This document shows positions 49,589-60,324 of a stretch of DNA of 64,000 bases, one piece after another. The notes beneath the pieces were generated by a model that was not told the origin of the DNA, made no database searches, and worked only from the letters and a program-made list of their open reading frames with translations. The stretch lies in assembly GCA_963835575.1 (NCBI GenBank), contig CAWIGG010000002.1:640001-704000 (forward strand). Reading direction: 5' to 3'. How positions within the stretch are numbered: the stretch's first letter is position 1; the number at the start of each line of letters is the position of its first letter. Position numbers and translations under genes: made by a program. The DNA comes from an uncultured Spirochaetota bacterium. GTDB lineage: Bacteria > Spirochaetota > Brevinematia > Brevinematales > JAOACQ01.

Positions 49589-50191
49589 ATGATTGCAATA
49601 ATCGATTACGGGATGGGCAATCTGGCGAGTGTCTATAATGCTTTTAAAAAGGTGGGTATAGAGGATGTCGCGGTCACATGCAGACCTGAGGATATTATAA
49701 ATGCCGATAAAATTGTTCTTCCGGGAGTGGGAGCATTCGAGGACGCGATAAAAAACCTTGAAAGCTGCAGGCTGGTTTATCCAATTATTGATTTTATCCG
49801 CTCAAACCGGCCTTTTCTCGGGATCTGCCTCGGGATGCATCTTCTTTTTGAGAGGAGTTATGAAAACGGGGTTTTTGAAGGACTGGGTGTTCTTAAAGGG
49901 GAGATTGTCAAGTTCAATGTTTCTTTGCCGGTCCCTCATATCGGATGGAATCAGGTCTCTTTATTGAAGAAAGAGGGGATTTTTGACAATTTGGCAAATA
50001 ATGCTTATTTTTACTTTGACCATTCCTATTATCCGGTTCCGGCCAATACTGATATGATTGCGGCGACTACTAATTATGAAATTGATTATGCGTCATCAGT
50101 AGTGAAAGGCAACATTTTCGCAGTTCAGTATCACCCTGAAAAAAGCCATAAAAATGGCTTGAAATTAATTGAAAGGTTTGGCAAATTATAA
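49589..50191 (+). CDS. hisH: Imidazole glycerol phosphate synthase glutaminase subunit
   Basis: IIDYGMGNL, LPGVGAF, GICLG, VPHIGWN, HPEKS. Confidence 0.96.
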   Translation: MIAIIDYGMGNLASVYNAFKKVGIEDVAVTCRPEDIINADKIVLPGVGAFEDAIKNLESCRLVYPIIDFIRSNRPFLGICLGMHLLFERSYENGVFEGLGVLKGEIVKFNVSLPVPHIGWNQVSLLKKEGIFDNLANNAYFYFDHSYYPVPANTDMIAATTNYEIDYASSVVKGNIFAVQYHPEKSHKNGLKLIERFGKL

Positions 50192-50226
50192 TTATTTTTG
50201 TATATTTAATTAAAAAGGAGAAATAA

Positions 50227-50946
50227 ATGTTAATAATACCGGCAATAGATATAAAAGATAGAAAATGTGTCAGGCTTGTCCGCGGAAATCCGGAATTTGA
50301 AACTGTCTATTCAAATGAACCGGTTTTTCAGGCCAAGTTCTGGGAAAGGGAAGGCGCCAGGAGGCTGCATATTGTCGATCTGGACGGCGCTTTTGAGGGA
50401 AAAACGAAAAATCTCGATATCATCCAGAGGATCGTGGAAGAAGTGAATATTGAGATTGAAGTCGGCGGGGGCATCAGGGATAACCGCATTATCAGGGCGC
50501 TCAAAAACAGGGGCGTTCATAAAATCATCATCGGGACAGCGGCTATTGAGAACAAAAAATTCATCAAAAATCTCTGCAAGAACGATCCCCATGGCGTTAT
50601 CATAGCGATAGACGCCGCGGACGGCTTTGTCGTCAAGAACGGATGGAAAGAAACTACCAATAAAAGAGCTGTGGATATAATCAAGGAACTTGAAGAATTC
50701 GGTGTTGAAGAAGTTATTTATACTGATATTATGCGCGACGGTACTCTGGAAGGCCCGAATTATGACGCCATTGAAACAATGCTGACTGTGACGGATATTC
50801 CCATCATTATTTCCGGAGGGGTTTCCAATCTTGATGATATTAAGAAATTAAAAGAATATGAGCCGATGGGTCTTAAAGGCATAATTATCGGCAAAGCTCT
50901 TTATGAAGGGCGCTTCAAGCTGTCAGAAGCTATGAAATATGAATAA
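50227..50946 (+). CDS. hisA: ProFAR isomerase
   Basis: IIPAIDI..CVRL, HIVDLDGA, VGGGIR, TDIMRDGTL. Confidence 0.96.
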   Translation: MLIIPAIDIKDRKCVRLVRGNPEFETVYSNEPVFQAKFWEREGARRLHIVDLDGAFEGKTKNLDIIQRIVEEVNIEIEVGGGIRDNRIIRALKNRGVHKIIIGTAAIENKKFIKNLCKNDPHGVIIAIDAADGFVVKNGWKETTNKRAVDIIKELEEFGVEEVIYTDIMRDGTLEGPNYDAIETMLTVTDIPIIISGGVSNLDDIKKLKEYEPMGLKGIIIGKALYEGRFKLSEAMKYE

Positions 50947-50964
50947 AACCTGTCAGGAAAAGGT

Positions 50965-52020
50965 ATGTCCATAACCCGAAGGATTTCAAGGCAGATCCGC
51001 ATAGGCAATGTCCGGATAGGCGGAGATGCGCCTGTTCCCATTCAATCGATGACCTCAACTCAAACAAGTAATATTAAAGCGACTGTCAAAGAAATAAAGC
51101 GGCTTGAGAATGCCGGCTGTGATATTGTCCGACTTGGTATTCCGGATGAAAAATCGGCAAATGCGATAAAAGAGATAAAAAAAGAAGTCAAAATGCCTTT
51201 AGTAGCGGATATCCATTTCGATTACCGCCTTGCTATTGCTTCCATTAATTCCGGTGTTGACGCTCTCCGTATTAATCCGGGTAATTTAAGAAATAAAGAA
51301 GAGATAAAAATAGTCGCTCATGCATGCAAAGAAAAGAATATACCTATCCGTATTGGCGTCAACAGCGGGTCAATCGACAGGAAAAAATATTCACAACCTG
51401 ACGCGGAAGCTCTTGTAGATTCAGCGCTCAATCATATACGTCTTCTTGAAGATTCTGGATTTTCGGATATAAAAGTTTCATTGAAGTCTTCAGATGTTGC
51501 TACAATGGTTGAAGCTTACCGTCTTTTTGCCCCGAAGAATGATTATCCCCTTCACCTCGGAGTGACTGAGGCCGGCGGGTATGAGCAGGCGGTAATAAAA
51601 AGCTCTGCCGGCATTGGGGCGCTTCTTCTTGACGGCATCGGCGACACAATCCGTTTCTCTATTACCGGAGATGTTGTAAAAGAAGTTCAGGCCGCTAAAA
51701 CACTCCTTCGAGCTTTGGGGATCCGGCGCGAAGGCATTGAGATCATATCCTGTCCCACCTGCGCAAGAAAGGAATTTAATGTTGAGAAAGTTGTTGAAGA
51801 ACTGACTTTCAGAACAAAAGACTATAAAAAATACATGAAAGTTGCCGTTATGGGTTGTGTTGTAAACGGACCGGGTGAAGCGGTTGAGGCTGATATAGGG
51901 GTTGCAGTAGGTAAAAAAGAAGCGGTTCTTTTTGAAAATGGAAGAATTATTAAGAACATATCTAAAAGCAAAATATTATCTGCTTTAATAAATAAGATTG
52001 AGAATTATCAAAGGCAGTGA
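50965..52020 (+). CDS. ispG: (E)-4-hydroxy-3-methylbut-2-enyl-diphosphate synthase
   Basis: IQSMT, VADIHFDY, RINPGN, HLGVTEAG, SCPTCAR, MGCVVNGPGE. Confidence 0.97.
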   Translation: MSITRRISRQIRIGNVRIGGDAPVPIQSMTSTQTSNIKATVKEIKRLENAGCDIVRLGIPDEKSANAIKEIKKEVKMPLVADIHFDYRLAIASINSGVDALRINPGNLRNKEEIKIVAHACKEKNIPIRIGVNSGSIDRKKYSQPDAEALVDSALNHIRLLEDSGFSDIKVSLKSSDVATMVEAYRLFAPKNDYPLHLGVTEAGGYEQAVIKSSAGIGALLLDGIGDTIRFSITGDVVKEVQAAKTLLRALGIRREGIEIISCPTCARKEFNVEKVVEELTFRTKDYKKYMKVAVMGCVVNGPGEAVEADIGVAVGKKEAVLFENGRIIKNISKSKILSALINKIENYQRQ

Positions 52021-52613
52021 ATTTTATTCCAAAACCTTTAATTTAATTGTCTTGATTTTTGATCGTATAGTTGAAAGCTTAATTATTAGGACTTTTTTTC
52101 CGATAAAATAGCAATGAAAAATGAAATAATATTTTTCTTAAACCCCTTTACATTTAAAATAAATAGATATATAGTATTTATGGGTAAAAGGGGTTTTATT
52201 CGGCTTTTCAATAAATAAATCCTTTCCGGAGTCAATAACAAAATAATTGACACATCATTAGTTAATTAGAATTTTCTTTCTAAAAAGAATCAGTAATATC
52301 AAGATTTTTGTTGAAATCATATGTATGAAAATTTTACATTTTTTTTGTTTGAGGTGTATAATTTATAGAATGCGAGGAATGCCTCAATACAAAAACAAAT
52401 CAAAAAAGATGTGGATAGTGAGGGATGTTTGAAAAAAAATTAATTAAATATTTATTATTTAATGATTATATAATTTATTTATATATATAGGGAATCTCTA
52501 TCCTCTGGGGGGAGGGTTTGGAGCGTTTCTTTATGAAAATATTTTAGAAAAAGCCTTTAAGAAAATGTTTCTTGAATAATTAATAAGATGTGAATTTTGG
52601 GTGGGAGGAGTTT

Positions 52614-55600
52614 ATGGTGTTTCTGAGAGGGCTTATCTTATTTATTATTTCATGTCTTTTTATTTTTATAAAAGGCTGGTCTTATTATTATTCCCAGAAT
52701 TTTACAGCTACGCCTGCGGGAGCGGGATGGACAACCAATCTCAGATACGGCATTGATACCGGTATAACCAATGAAGCAACATCGGAAACGATTACTTACG
52801 GCGCTGCTGGAGCATCATTCGCCGGATTAATAACCACTGCTATGACAACTATAGATTTGTTAAAAGGCTGTATGCTCAGATATGATACGAGTTATAATGC
52901 CAGCCCAAATCAGCCTTTCGGATATGAAGTGACCAGGAGTTCGGTCCGTTTAGACAGTCATGATGATGCGACAAACCCGGAATCCGGAAGAATGTGGGCG
53001 GCTTTCAGTTTGTGGCTGGTGCAGTATAAAGCCGGAGTGGATAACGGTAACTGGACTGGAATTAAATATGATAATTTTCTTAATTTTATGGAATTTTACC
53101 GGCCGAAACTGGGCAGTGAAGCGGATACAAGGCCGCAAAGTTACTGGGGAAAAAATGATGATATTCTCAGCGGTTATGATCTGTCAGCAATTTCCAATGC
53201 GTCTGAAACCGGGGTCGTTAATTTAACGAACTATCTGCAGTGGTGTTATGATGATTACTGGGGCCGGAATACATATCATACCGGAGGGCATGATAATGCT
53301 TATTCCAATAATGTTAATGTCATCAAGATCCGTGTATCGACTGACGGGGCATATGCCTATCTCTACATCAATCCGAATCCCAATGGCTTAGGCAGTCTTA
53401 ATAACAGCGATGGTACGACAGGATCTTATCCGAACGAGTTTCTTCTTGTCGCAAAAGAAAGCATCAGCTATTCTAATAATTTAATTGCCATGTTCGGTGT
53501 TGAAGCCAATAGAAGCGATCAGCAATTTAACAACGCAGCTGTATCAAATTTTACAATCCGTTCTGTATGCTCTTCCGTAACCTCGGAGATCGCTCCATAT
53601 CAGGTCAAAGCTAATTCAACTACGAGGCTTTATACAGTTATAACACCTGTCTTTTCAAGCGCGAATGAAGCAGGAGTTGGGGAGTTTTATGTTGATATGC
53701 CGGCAGGCTATGCATGGACAAATGAATTTACAAACAGCATCAGCATACAGTGGATTGATACAAACGGTACGGCGGTAAAAACTTTTGGTAAATCATATGG
53801 CGGCGATGCGAATCCGGCAGCCGGTAATGTAAGAATTATTGTCAAAGATCTTTCATCCGGTGATAAAAGACGGCTCAAAGTACGTTTTAATTCATCCGAG
53901 GTGTTTCATCCGGATAACGGCTGCGGAACGGCAGCCACCAACGCGATCCTTTTAATTGTTTCAAATTTTACTTCCGCTGCGATTGCTGATTCGAGCGGCA
54001 AAAGTTTTACAATTTATGTGAATAATGAAAAATATAATGATACCGCATGGACTAAGGTTGCGACGACAGGTAAAATGCAATCCTATGCAGGCGACGCTTA
54101 TAATATGGTATTGTTAGGGCAGGCCGATAATAATACACTGGCATTCCGGACATATAATGATCCTTACGGCGTGGCCGGTCTTTCCGCGGGAATTACGCCG
54201 ACTTCTCCCTATCCCTTCATGTATGAAGGGGATATAAATCAAACACTTTCCTATACTATTTCGGCTAAGGATGCGACGAATAATAATGCCGATATCGGCC
54301 GTGTTGTAATAATAGTTCCTGATGGTTTTACAATAAATTCGAATACCATGGCAAGTCTGCGTATTGACCCGAGTAATATTTCTTTAAGCAACAATTCGGG
54401 GAAGCAATATATTGTTGTGGATTATTCCAAAGCGGGTACGGCTCTTGTGGCTGGGAGCGGGATTGATACCATCAGTTTTCAAAACAATACAACAACCAAT
54501 TTTTTAACAAATGAAGTGATGGTTTTCTGGAAATCTTTATCTTATTCAGCTTTGGCGGGGACTTCCTTTGTCACGAATTCAACCAATTCGGAAATTATTT
54601 ATCAACAGCTTTTAGTCAGAAAAAAGCCGCCGAACGGAGATGGTTATATTGCGGTAAGCCCCAATGTCATTCCAGCTTTAACAAAAAACACTGCCGTCAG
54701 TAATAATTACAGCTATGTTATTCAAAATTTAGGCGATAATGGGAATAATATCAGAAAAGCCCTGATAAATCTTGGAAATTATTTTACAAATGCGGTAAAT
54801 GTTACAAATTCAATTCCAGCGGTGAGTTCCATTTATAGTTCAAATTCATCGGTCTGGATAGAAGTGAATTATGCCGCTTCCGGAAAAGTATTGTCCAATA
54901 ATAATATCGATACTATCAGTTTTACAGCTTATGATAATGTGCAGCCTTTAACAAATGTTATTTTAGTTGGATCGAATACGTCTTATGCGGATAACGGGAA
55001 TGGGGACGGATGGGTTCCGCTTAACCGGGATTCACTGGGGTGGGAAGTTTCATTCTATACGCCTCCTGCAGAGCTCAGAGCGCGGATAATATTCCCTGAA
55101 GATGAATACGGCGGTCCCAATCCATTTAACAGGCATGAGGAATATACTGATATTGATTTCGGCACAAATATTCAAATTGAAGTAAAAAACTGGGGAGAAG
55201 CCGGGAATGACATCTCGCTTGTAAAGATCATCTGTCCTTTTGAGATCACAAATATTTTATCGCTTAATTCTTTAAACGGCGCTTTTTTATCTACAAATAA
55301 AGAAAACGGCTCGAATGTTATTATAGCTTCCTATGCCGGGATGGGTAATTTGAAAGCATCTCTTACCGATCCTTCATTCGGCAGTAATGATATCATTAAT
55401 TTGAATGTTCTGGATTCTATTACTCAGGCAATGGATGTGAGCTTTACGGTTCAAGGTAAAAATACAACAAATTATGCCGACAGTTCCCCTCTTGAGGGCG
55501 GAAATCTCATAATGAATTATATATATCCGCCTGTTATGGCAGACAGCTTTGTATCCGTGTCGAATGGTTTTATTGATGCGGCGACAAATACGGCGACAAT

Positions 55601-58600
55601 AACATATACTATAAATAACCTCGGGAGATATGGAAACAGGATCATTCAGGCATTTGTTTATTTTCCAACCAATTATATCACAAATATTCAATTTAACGGA
55701 AGCCTTCTCGGTGCGGCCGCGAATTATAGCAGCGGCGTTTTAACATTGTCATACGGGAACAAATTTCCAGGCGGAACAAATGATGTAATAAATGTAACTA
55801 TGTGGGACAATGTGGAAAGCGCGAAAACCACATTCGATCTCACCTGCGGTATTACCAATGACCGAGAGCTGTCAAATTCAATTGGAGTTACTTCTAATCA
55901 AACACAAACAGTATATATTACCCCGCCGCCCACTCTCTATTCCTACCGTCTCTTGCCAACAATATTTTATAATGCTAAAATCGGCGCTACTAATACAAAC
56001 CAGCTTGTGATAAGTGTTTCTAACAGAGGATGGGGAAGTAATAAGCTGAACAGGATTAAAATCGATATTCCTCAGGATTTTATAAATGAAGTCACTCTGG
56101 TCAGCAACGCTTTGACTGGACTTATAAATACTTCAAGCGGTCCTTTGCAGATATCCAATAATAATAATATATGGTTGATGTATGACCAGGCTGGTACAAA
56201 TTTGACGGCAGGCGGCAGAGATGACATCTATCTATGGATTGAAGTGAGTTCGACAAATGTCACCAATACAACCTGGACGGTATGGGCGGCTAATAATTCG
56301 ACAAATGATTACAGTCAGAGCCTGACAAATAACGGGTTTATGCTGGACGGCGGAATGAATATGCTGTCGCTTGTCGATAGGCCGCATGGTTATACGGCTA
56401 CCACGGAAGTTCTGACTCCTTCAGTCGTCAATGCTTATACAAACCGGATTAAAAACGGGGATACCATTAATTCAGGGCGTTCGATTTCAAGGGTCAGAAT
56501 AGGAATGCTTTCCATGTTTACTCTGGTCAGTAATATAATGAGCAGTTCTCTCGGAGCATGTACAACGAATGGTAATTATATTATAGTGAATTACGGCGTT
56601 CCGTTAAGTCCCGGATCGCTGGACACAATAGTATATTATGCTTATGATAACTGGACATTCGGTGAAACGAGAGAATCCTTTACATGGGATGTTGATTACG
56701 GCGACGGTTCCGGATGGCATCCGGCGGGCACAACACCCGGACAGACTAATGAAGTTTATTTCAGGAATCCAACAGTAAGCGCCCGTACCTATGTTACACC
56801 CAATCAGGTTTCGCAGGATTTCCCTACGAATAATTATTCATTTTATCTTGAAAATATAGGGGAAAGCGGAAATAATATTGCTGTTGCCAGAATTACAGCC
56901 CCGAATTTTATAACCAATATTTCAAACGCTGTTTCATTGATAAAATCCGGTATAATCACGATAACAAGCAATATTGTCACAATTTATTATACGAATAGTC
57001 TGCTTGCCAGCACAGAAACAGATCTTATCAGTTTAATCGGTTATGATAGTATCAGTAACTCGACAACAAATGATAACTGGCAGTTATATGTTTATAATAC
57101 GACGAATTTTACCGGCGGCGAGAATGCTATAATAGTTGTTGGAAAAAGTCTTGGATTGAATATTGTGGCACCGGATGTCAGGCCGAGGATTTATATCGAA
57201 GCGACAAATTCAGTCTCGGATCAGGAAAAGAATGTTATCTATTCGAGTTTGACTACAAATTATCTGAAATTTTATATTTACAACTTAAGTCCAACAGAAG
57301 ATAGTCTGGATGACAGCATTACAAAGCTGAAAATTACCCTGCCGATGGGCGGAATACTGGATACTAACACGCTGTCCGCGACAAATTTAATCATATCAAA
57401 CGCCGTTACAATTCTATCCAATGGGGCTCTCTGGGTTGATTATTCCTCCTCCAGAATACTTTCGGGACAGCATGATGAAATCCTTATCCGGGTAAATGAT
57501 ACAATTACTCATTCAGAAACGAATTTAACATGGAGCGCTGATGCCGCATTTGTTTCAACTTATAATAATTATAAAAACGCGGCTTTATACTCTTCTGATA
57601 AATCGCTAAGTATTACATACAGAATGCCGCAGCCTGCCGGTTATATTACAATGAATCCGTCTCAGCTTTATCAGAACCAGACTAATTTTGTGATGCATTT
57701 GTCTCTCAGTAATTCAGGCATGGGTACTGCCGATCTGGATTATCTCTGGGTTACTTTGCCTAATGAATTAAAGACCGGTTTTGACTTAACAAAAATATCC
57801 AATACAAAGGCCATAGCGACAAATTATAACAGCGGCACCGGGCAAATCGAGTTTTACTATTCATCGCCGTTATTGACAGGCCAGCAGGATGATATTTATT
57901 TGTCTCTGAATAATGCTTCTGCCGTTTCGACTAATTTATATATTGATTCAAAAGTCAGGGATTTTATATACACCAATACAACATCAATTGAAACAAATAA
58001 AAATCTATTCATTTCGACTTATCCGGCAGTGTCTGTTACACCGAATGTTATTGATACAACGACGTCAACCAATCTTTTGACAATAACTCTGGATAACATT
58101 ATAAACGGCACACTGAATGTGAAAAAAGCCATACTGGTACTTCCTGAAGAATTTACGAATATTATATCCATACAGAGCAGGATTATAACTAATGCGGCCC
58201 ATATTACGGGGACAGCGACAAACCTGGTATTAAATTATGATGATGAGGGAAAAGAAATCGAAGTCGGGGATTATGACGTCATCACTGTTAATTTAGCAGA
58301 TAATTTTAATGTCGGCACTATAACAAACGGGCTGCTGGCTTATGTCAGCGACGGGCAGGGATTCGGCTTTGTGCAGACAAAGGTCAGGGTCTCCGGTTCG
58401 ACTAATATCATATTTCAGATGCCTCAGCCTGTATCACAAAGCAGGCTGTACCCGGACACAATCAGTTTGACGACAACGACAAACAGCATGTCGATATGGA
58501 TAACAAATGAAGGAAGCGGAAGCAGCGCCATACGTTTTGCGAGAATATGGCTGCCGTCCGGGCTCAGCAATGTCTCGCCGGCTATCACAAGCAGCAATAT

Positions 58601-60314
58601 CGGCTTGACTGCATATATACCGGAAAGCAATCTGATTTTTGTTCAATATACTAATGAAAACCTTTTATCGAGCGGTAAAGAGGATTGCCTGAGCTTTATT
58701 TTTACGAATAGAATAAATTCTGTCAGCAATCTTTCGGTCCTGGTTAAGGTCGCGAATTTAACCAATAATCCGCAATACGTTAATTCCCCGGGCGTAATTG
58801 GGCCAAATTTGATGATACGTGTAGATTATCCGCCTGTTGCGGCTGAAGGATATTTTAATAATAGTAATACTTTATATATTATACAAACGAATTCAAGCCT
58901 GACTTACAGGATAATGAACAGGACCTTTGATACGGTGTTAACGCAGGCGGTTATTACTCTGGACACAAATTTATTTACAGGTATAAGCGTTGCAAGTTTA
59001 AAAGCCCTGAGCAGTTCTTTTAACAGCGCCAGCAATCAGATTACATTCAGCTACGATCCATTACAGACAAATTTCGGTTTCAGCGGTTATGATGATATTA
59101 CATTTAATTTTAAGTATTCACTCAGTAATTCATATTTGATACCGGTTCATACAAGGGTTTGGCTGACAGGAAATACAATAACTAATATAGATACGCTTGC
59201 ATCGGCGGGTAATGTTTCATATATTCTGATAACAAATTCTTCATGGGGCGCAGTGAGGGGAACTATATTCCCTTCAATAAAACCAGTTAATGTAAAGCTT
59301 TATTACCCCGGCACAAGTACCGCGGCGACGAATGTAGACGGCGCTGTTATAACGGCCGTATCATCAGGCACGGGAATATATGATATTGATAAAGTTCCCG
59401 CCGGAACTTACAATTTTGAATATACAGCAGCAACTTATAGAACTTATAGAATAAACAATTTTAAGGTAAATGCCAACACACTGAATATAATATCAATAAT
59501 CACAATGGATAATGCGCCTCTGATCGCAGGGCTGACAAATTCCAACCAGGAAGTCGATTGCTATGATGATAATAGAAGCAAGGTGATCTTTTTAACAAAC
59601 GGCATTGAGAAGCAGTTTGCAGTCAATATAAAAAGAATGCCCTTTACTGAGATACAGAAAGAGAAGGTCAATTCTGAAAATCTTATTAAAGAACCGTCAA
59701 CAAAAGATTATTTGAGCAATTATATGTTCGACTTGAGTGATATTAATGATAATCAATTGAAGGGGGCCATTATCACCAATGACGCTATCATGTACCTGGC
59801 TTATGATGTCACTAATATTACATCAAGAGGGTGGAATGAAAATGATCTAGCCATTTATTACTGGGATGAAACAAAACTCAATTCGCGATGGATCAGGTTG
59901 GGCGGAGAAGTTGATAAAGTCAATCAATTTGTAATAGCCAAAGTTAATTACATACATCAATTCTATGCTGTTATGGCTAAAAGCGGAGATGGAAAAAGCA
60001 ACGGCGCCATTAGAAACGTGAGCGTCAGGCCCAAGATATTCACGCCGACCAAGGACCAGAACGGCTATTTTGGAAGCGTCCGTATCAGCTTTGAACTGGA
60101 TCCTGCTCAAAAATATGATAGTTATGAGGTTAAAATATATGATCTACGGGGTGATCTGGTCAAGAGTTTTAAGAGAAGCGGCTCCTACACTCAGGGCGAG
60201 GTCGCATGGGATTCCCGTGACGATGGCGGCTATCCGGTTAAAGGCGGAGTGTATATTTACCGTGTGAAAGCCGGGACGAGTGTTTTTGCCGGCACTATAA
60301 TCATTGTGCGGTGA
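52614..60314 (+). CDS. Giant exported Asn/Thr-rich protein with about 12 degenerate Ig-like repeats and C-terminal FlgD-Ig/CHU_C-like domain
   Basis: GGAGGAG RBS, signal peptide, repeating N.G....I....I.P ... D.I units; C-terminal IFTP..VKIYDLRG..WDSRD..GVYIY. Confidence 0.85.
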   Translation: MVFLRGLILFIISCLFIFIKGWSYYYSQNFTATPAGAGWTTNLRYGIDTGITNEATSETITYGAAGASFAGLITTAMTTIDLLKGCMLRYDTSYNASPNQPFGYEVTRSSVRLDSHDDATNPESGRMWAAFSLWLVQYKAGVDNGNWTGIKYDNFLNFMEFYRPKLGSEADTRPQSYWGKNDDILSGYDLSAISNASETGVVNLTNYLQWCYDDYWGRNTYHTGGHDNAYSNNVNVIKIRVSTDGAYAYLYINPNPNGLGSLNNSDGTTGSYPNEFLLVAKESISYSNNLIAMFGVEANRSDQQFNNAAVSNFTIRSVCSSVTSEIAPYQVKANSTTRLYTVITPVFSSANEAGVGEFYVDMPAGYAWTNEFTNSISIQWIDTNGTAVKTFGKSYGGDANPAAGNVRIIVKDLSSGDKRRLKVRFNSSEVFHPDNGCGTAATNAILLIVSNFTSAAIADSSGKSFTIYVNNEKYNDTAWTKVATTGKMQSYAGDAYNMVLLGQADNNTLAFRTYNDPYGVAGLSAGITPTSPYPFMYEGDINQTLSYTISAKDATNNNADIGRVVIIVPDGFTINSNTMASLRIDPSNISLSNNSGKQYIVVDYSKAGTALVAGSGIDTISFQNNTTTNFLTNEVMVFWKSLSYSALAGTSFVTNSTNSEIIYQQLLVRKKPPNGDGYIAVSPNVIPALTKNTAVSNNYSYVIQNLGDNGNNIRKALINLGNYFTNAVNVTNSIPAVSSIYSSNSSVWIEVNYAASGKVLSNNNIDTISFTAYDNVQPLTNVILVGSNTSYADNGNGDGWVPLNRDSLGWEVSFYTPPAELRARIIFPEDEYGGPNPFNRHEEYTDIDFGTNIQIEVKNWGEAGNDISLVKIICPFEITNILSLNSLNGAFLSTNKENGSNVIIASYAGMGNLKASLTDPSFGSNDIINLNVLDSITQAMDVSFTVQGKNTTNYADSSPLEGGNLIMNYIYPPVMADSFVSVSNGFIDAATNTATITYTINNLGRYGNRIIQAFVYFPTNYITNIQFNGSLLGAAANYSSGVLTLSYGNKFPGGTNDVINVTMWDNVESAKTTFDLTCGITNDRELSNSIGVTSNQTQTVYITPPPTLYSYRLLPTIFYNAKIGATNTNQLVISVSNRGWGSNKLNRIKIDIPQDFINEVTLVSNALTGLINTSSGPLQISNNNNIWLMYDQAGTNLTAGGRDDIYLWIEVSSTNVTNTTWTVWAANNSTNDYSQSLTNNGFMLDGGMNMLSLVDRPHGYTATTEVLTPSVVNAYTNRIKNGDTINSGRSISRVRIGMLSMFTLVSNIMSSSLGACTTNGNYIIVNYGVPLSPGSLDTIVYYAYDNWTFGETRESFTWDVDYGDGSGWHPAGTTPGQTNEVYFRNPTVSARTYVTPNQVSQDFPTNNYSFYLENIGESGNNIAVARITAPNFITNISNAVSLIKSGIITITSNIVTIYYTNSLLASTETDLISLIGYDSISNSTTNDNWQLYVYNTTNFTGGENAIIVVGKSLGLNIVAPDVRPRIYIEATNSVSDQEKNVIYSSLTTNYLKFYIYNLSPTEDSLDDSITKLKITLPMGGILDTNTLSATNLIISNAVTILSNGALWVDYSSSRILSGQHDEILIRVNDTITHSETNLTWSADAAFVSTYNNYKNAALYSSDKSLSITYRMPQPAGYITMNPSQLYQNQTNFVMHLSLSNSGMGTADLDYLWVTLPNELKTGFDLTKISNTKAIATNYNSGTGQIEFYYSSPLLTGQQDDIYLSLNNASAVSTNLYIDSKVRDFIYTNTTSIETNKNLFISTYPAVSVTPNVIDTTTSTNLLTITLDNIINGTLNVKKAILVLPEEFTNIISIQSRIITNAAHITGTATNLVLNYDDEGKEIEVGDYDVITVNLADNFNVGTITNGLLAYVSDGQGFGFVQTKVRVSGSTNIIFQMPQPVSQSRLYPDTISLTTTTNSMSIWITNEGSGSSAIRFARIWLPSGLSNVSPAITSSNIGLTAYIPESNLIFVQYTNENLLSSGKEDCLSFIFTNRINSVSNLSVLVKVANLTNNPQYVNSPGVIGPNLMIRVDYPPVAAEGYFNNSNTLYIIQTNSSLTYRIMNRTFDTVLTQAVITLDTNLFTGISVASLKALSSSFNSASNQITFSYDPLQTNFGFSGYDDITFNFKYSLSNSYLIPVHTRVWLTGNTITNIDTLASAGNVSYILITNSSWGAVRGTIFPSIKPVNVKLYYPGTSTAATNVDGAVITAVSSGTGIYDIDKVPAGTYNFEYTAATYRTYRINNFKVNANTLNIISIITMDNAPLIAGLTNSNQEVDCYDDNRSKVIFLTNGIEKQFAVNIKRMPFTEIQKEKVNSENLIKEPSTKDYLSNYMFDLSDINDNQLKGAIITNDAIMYLAYDVTNITSRGWNENDLAIYYWDETKLNSRWIRLGGEVDKVNQFVIAKVNYIHQFYAVMAKSGDGKSNGAIRNVSVRPKIFTPTKDQNGYFGSVRISFELDPAQKYDSYEVKIYDLRGDLVKSFKRSGSYTQGEVAWDSRDDGGYPVKGGVYIYRVKAGTSVFAGTIIIVR

Positions 60315-60324
60315 GGGGGCGGAT

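Noticed and set aside
52021..52613. Long AT-rich leader with weak hairpin and TTAA-N16-TCCGATAA motif before the giant gene
   Set aside because: No riboswitch or ncRNA consensus recognised; motifs are too weak in AT-rich DNA.
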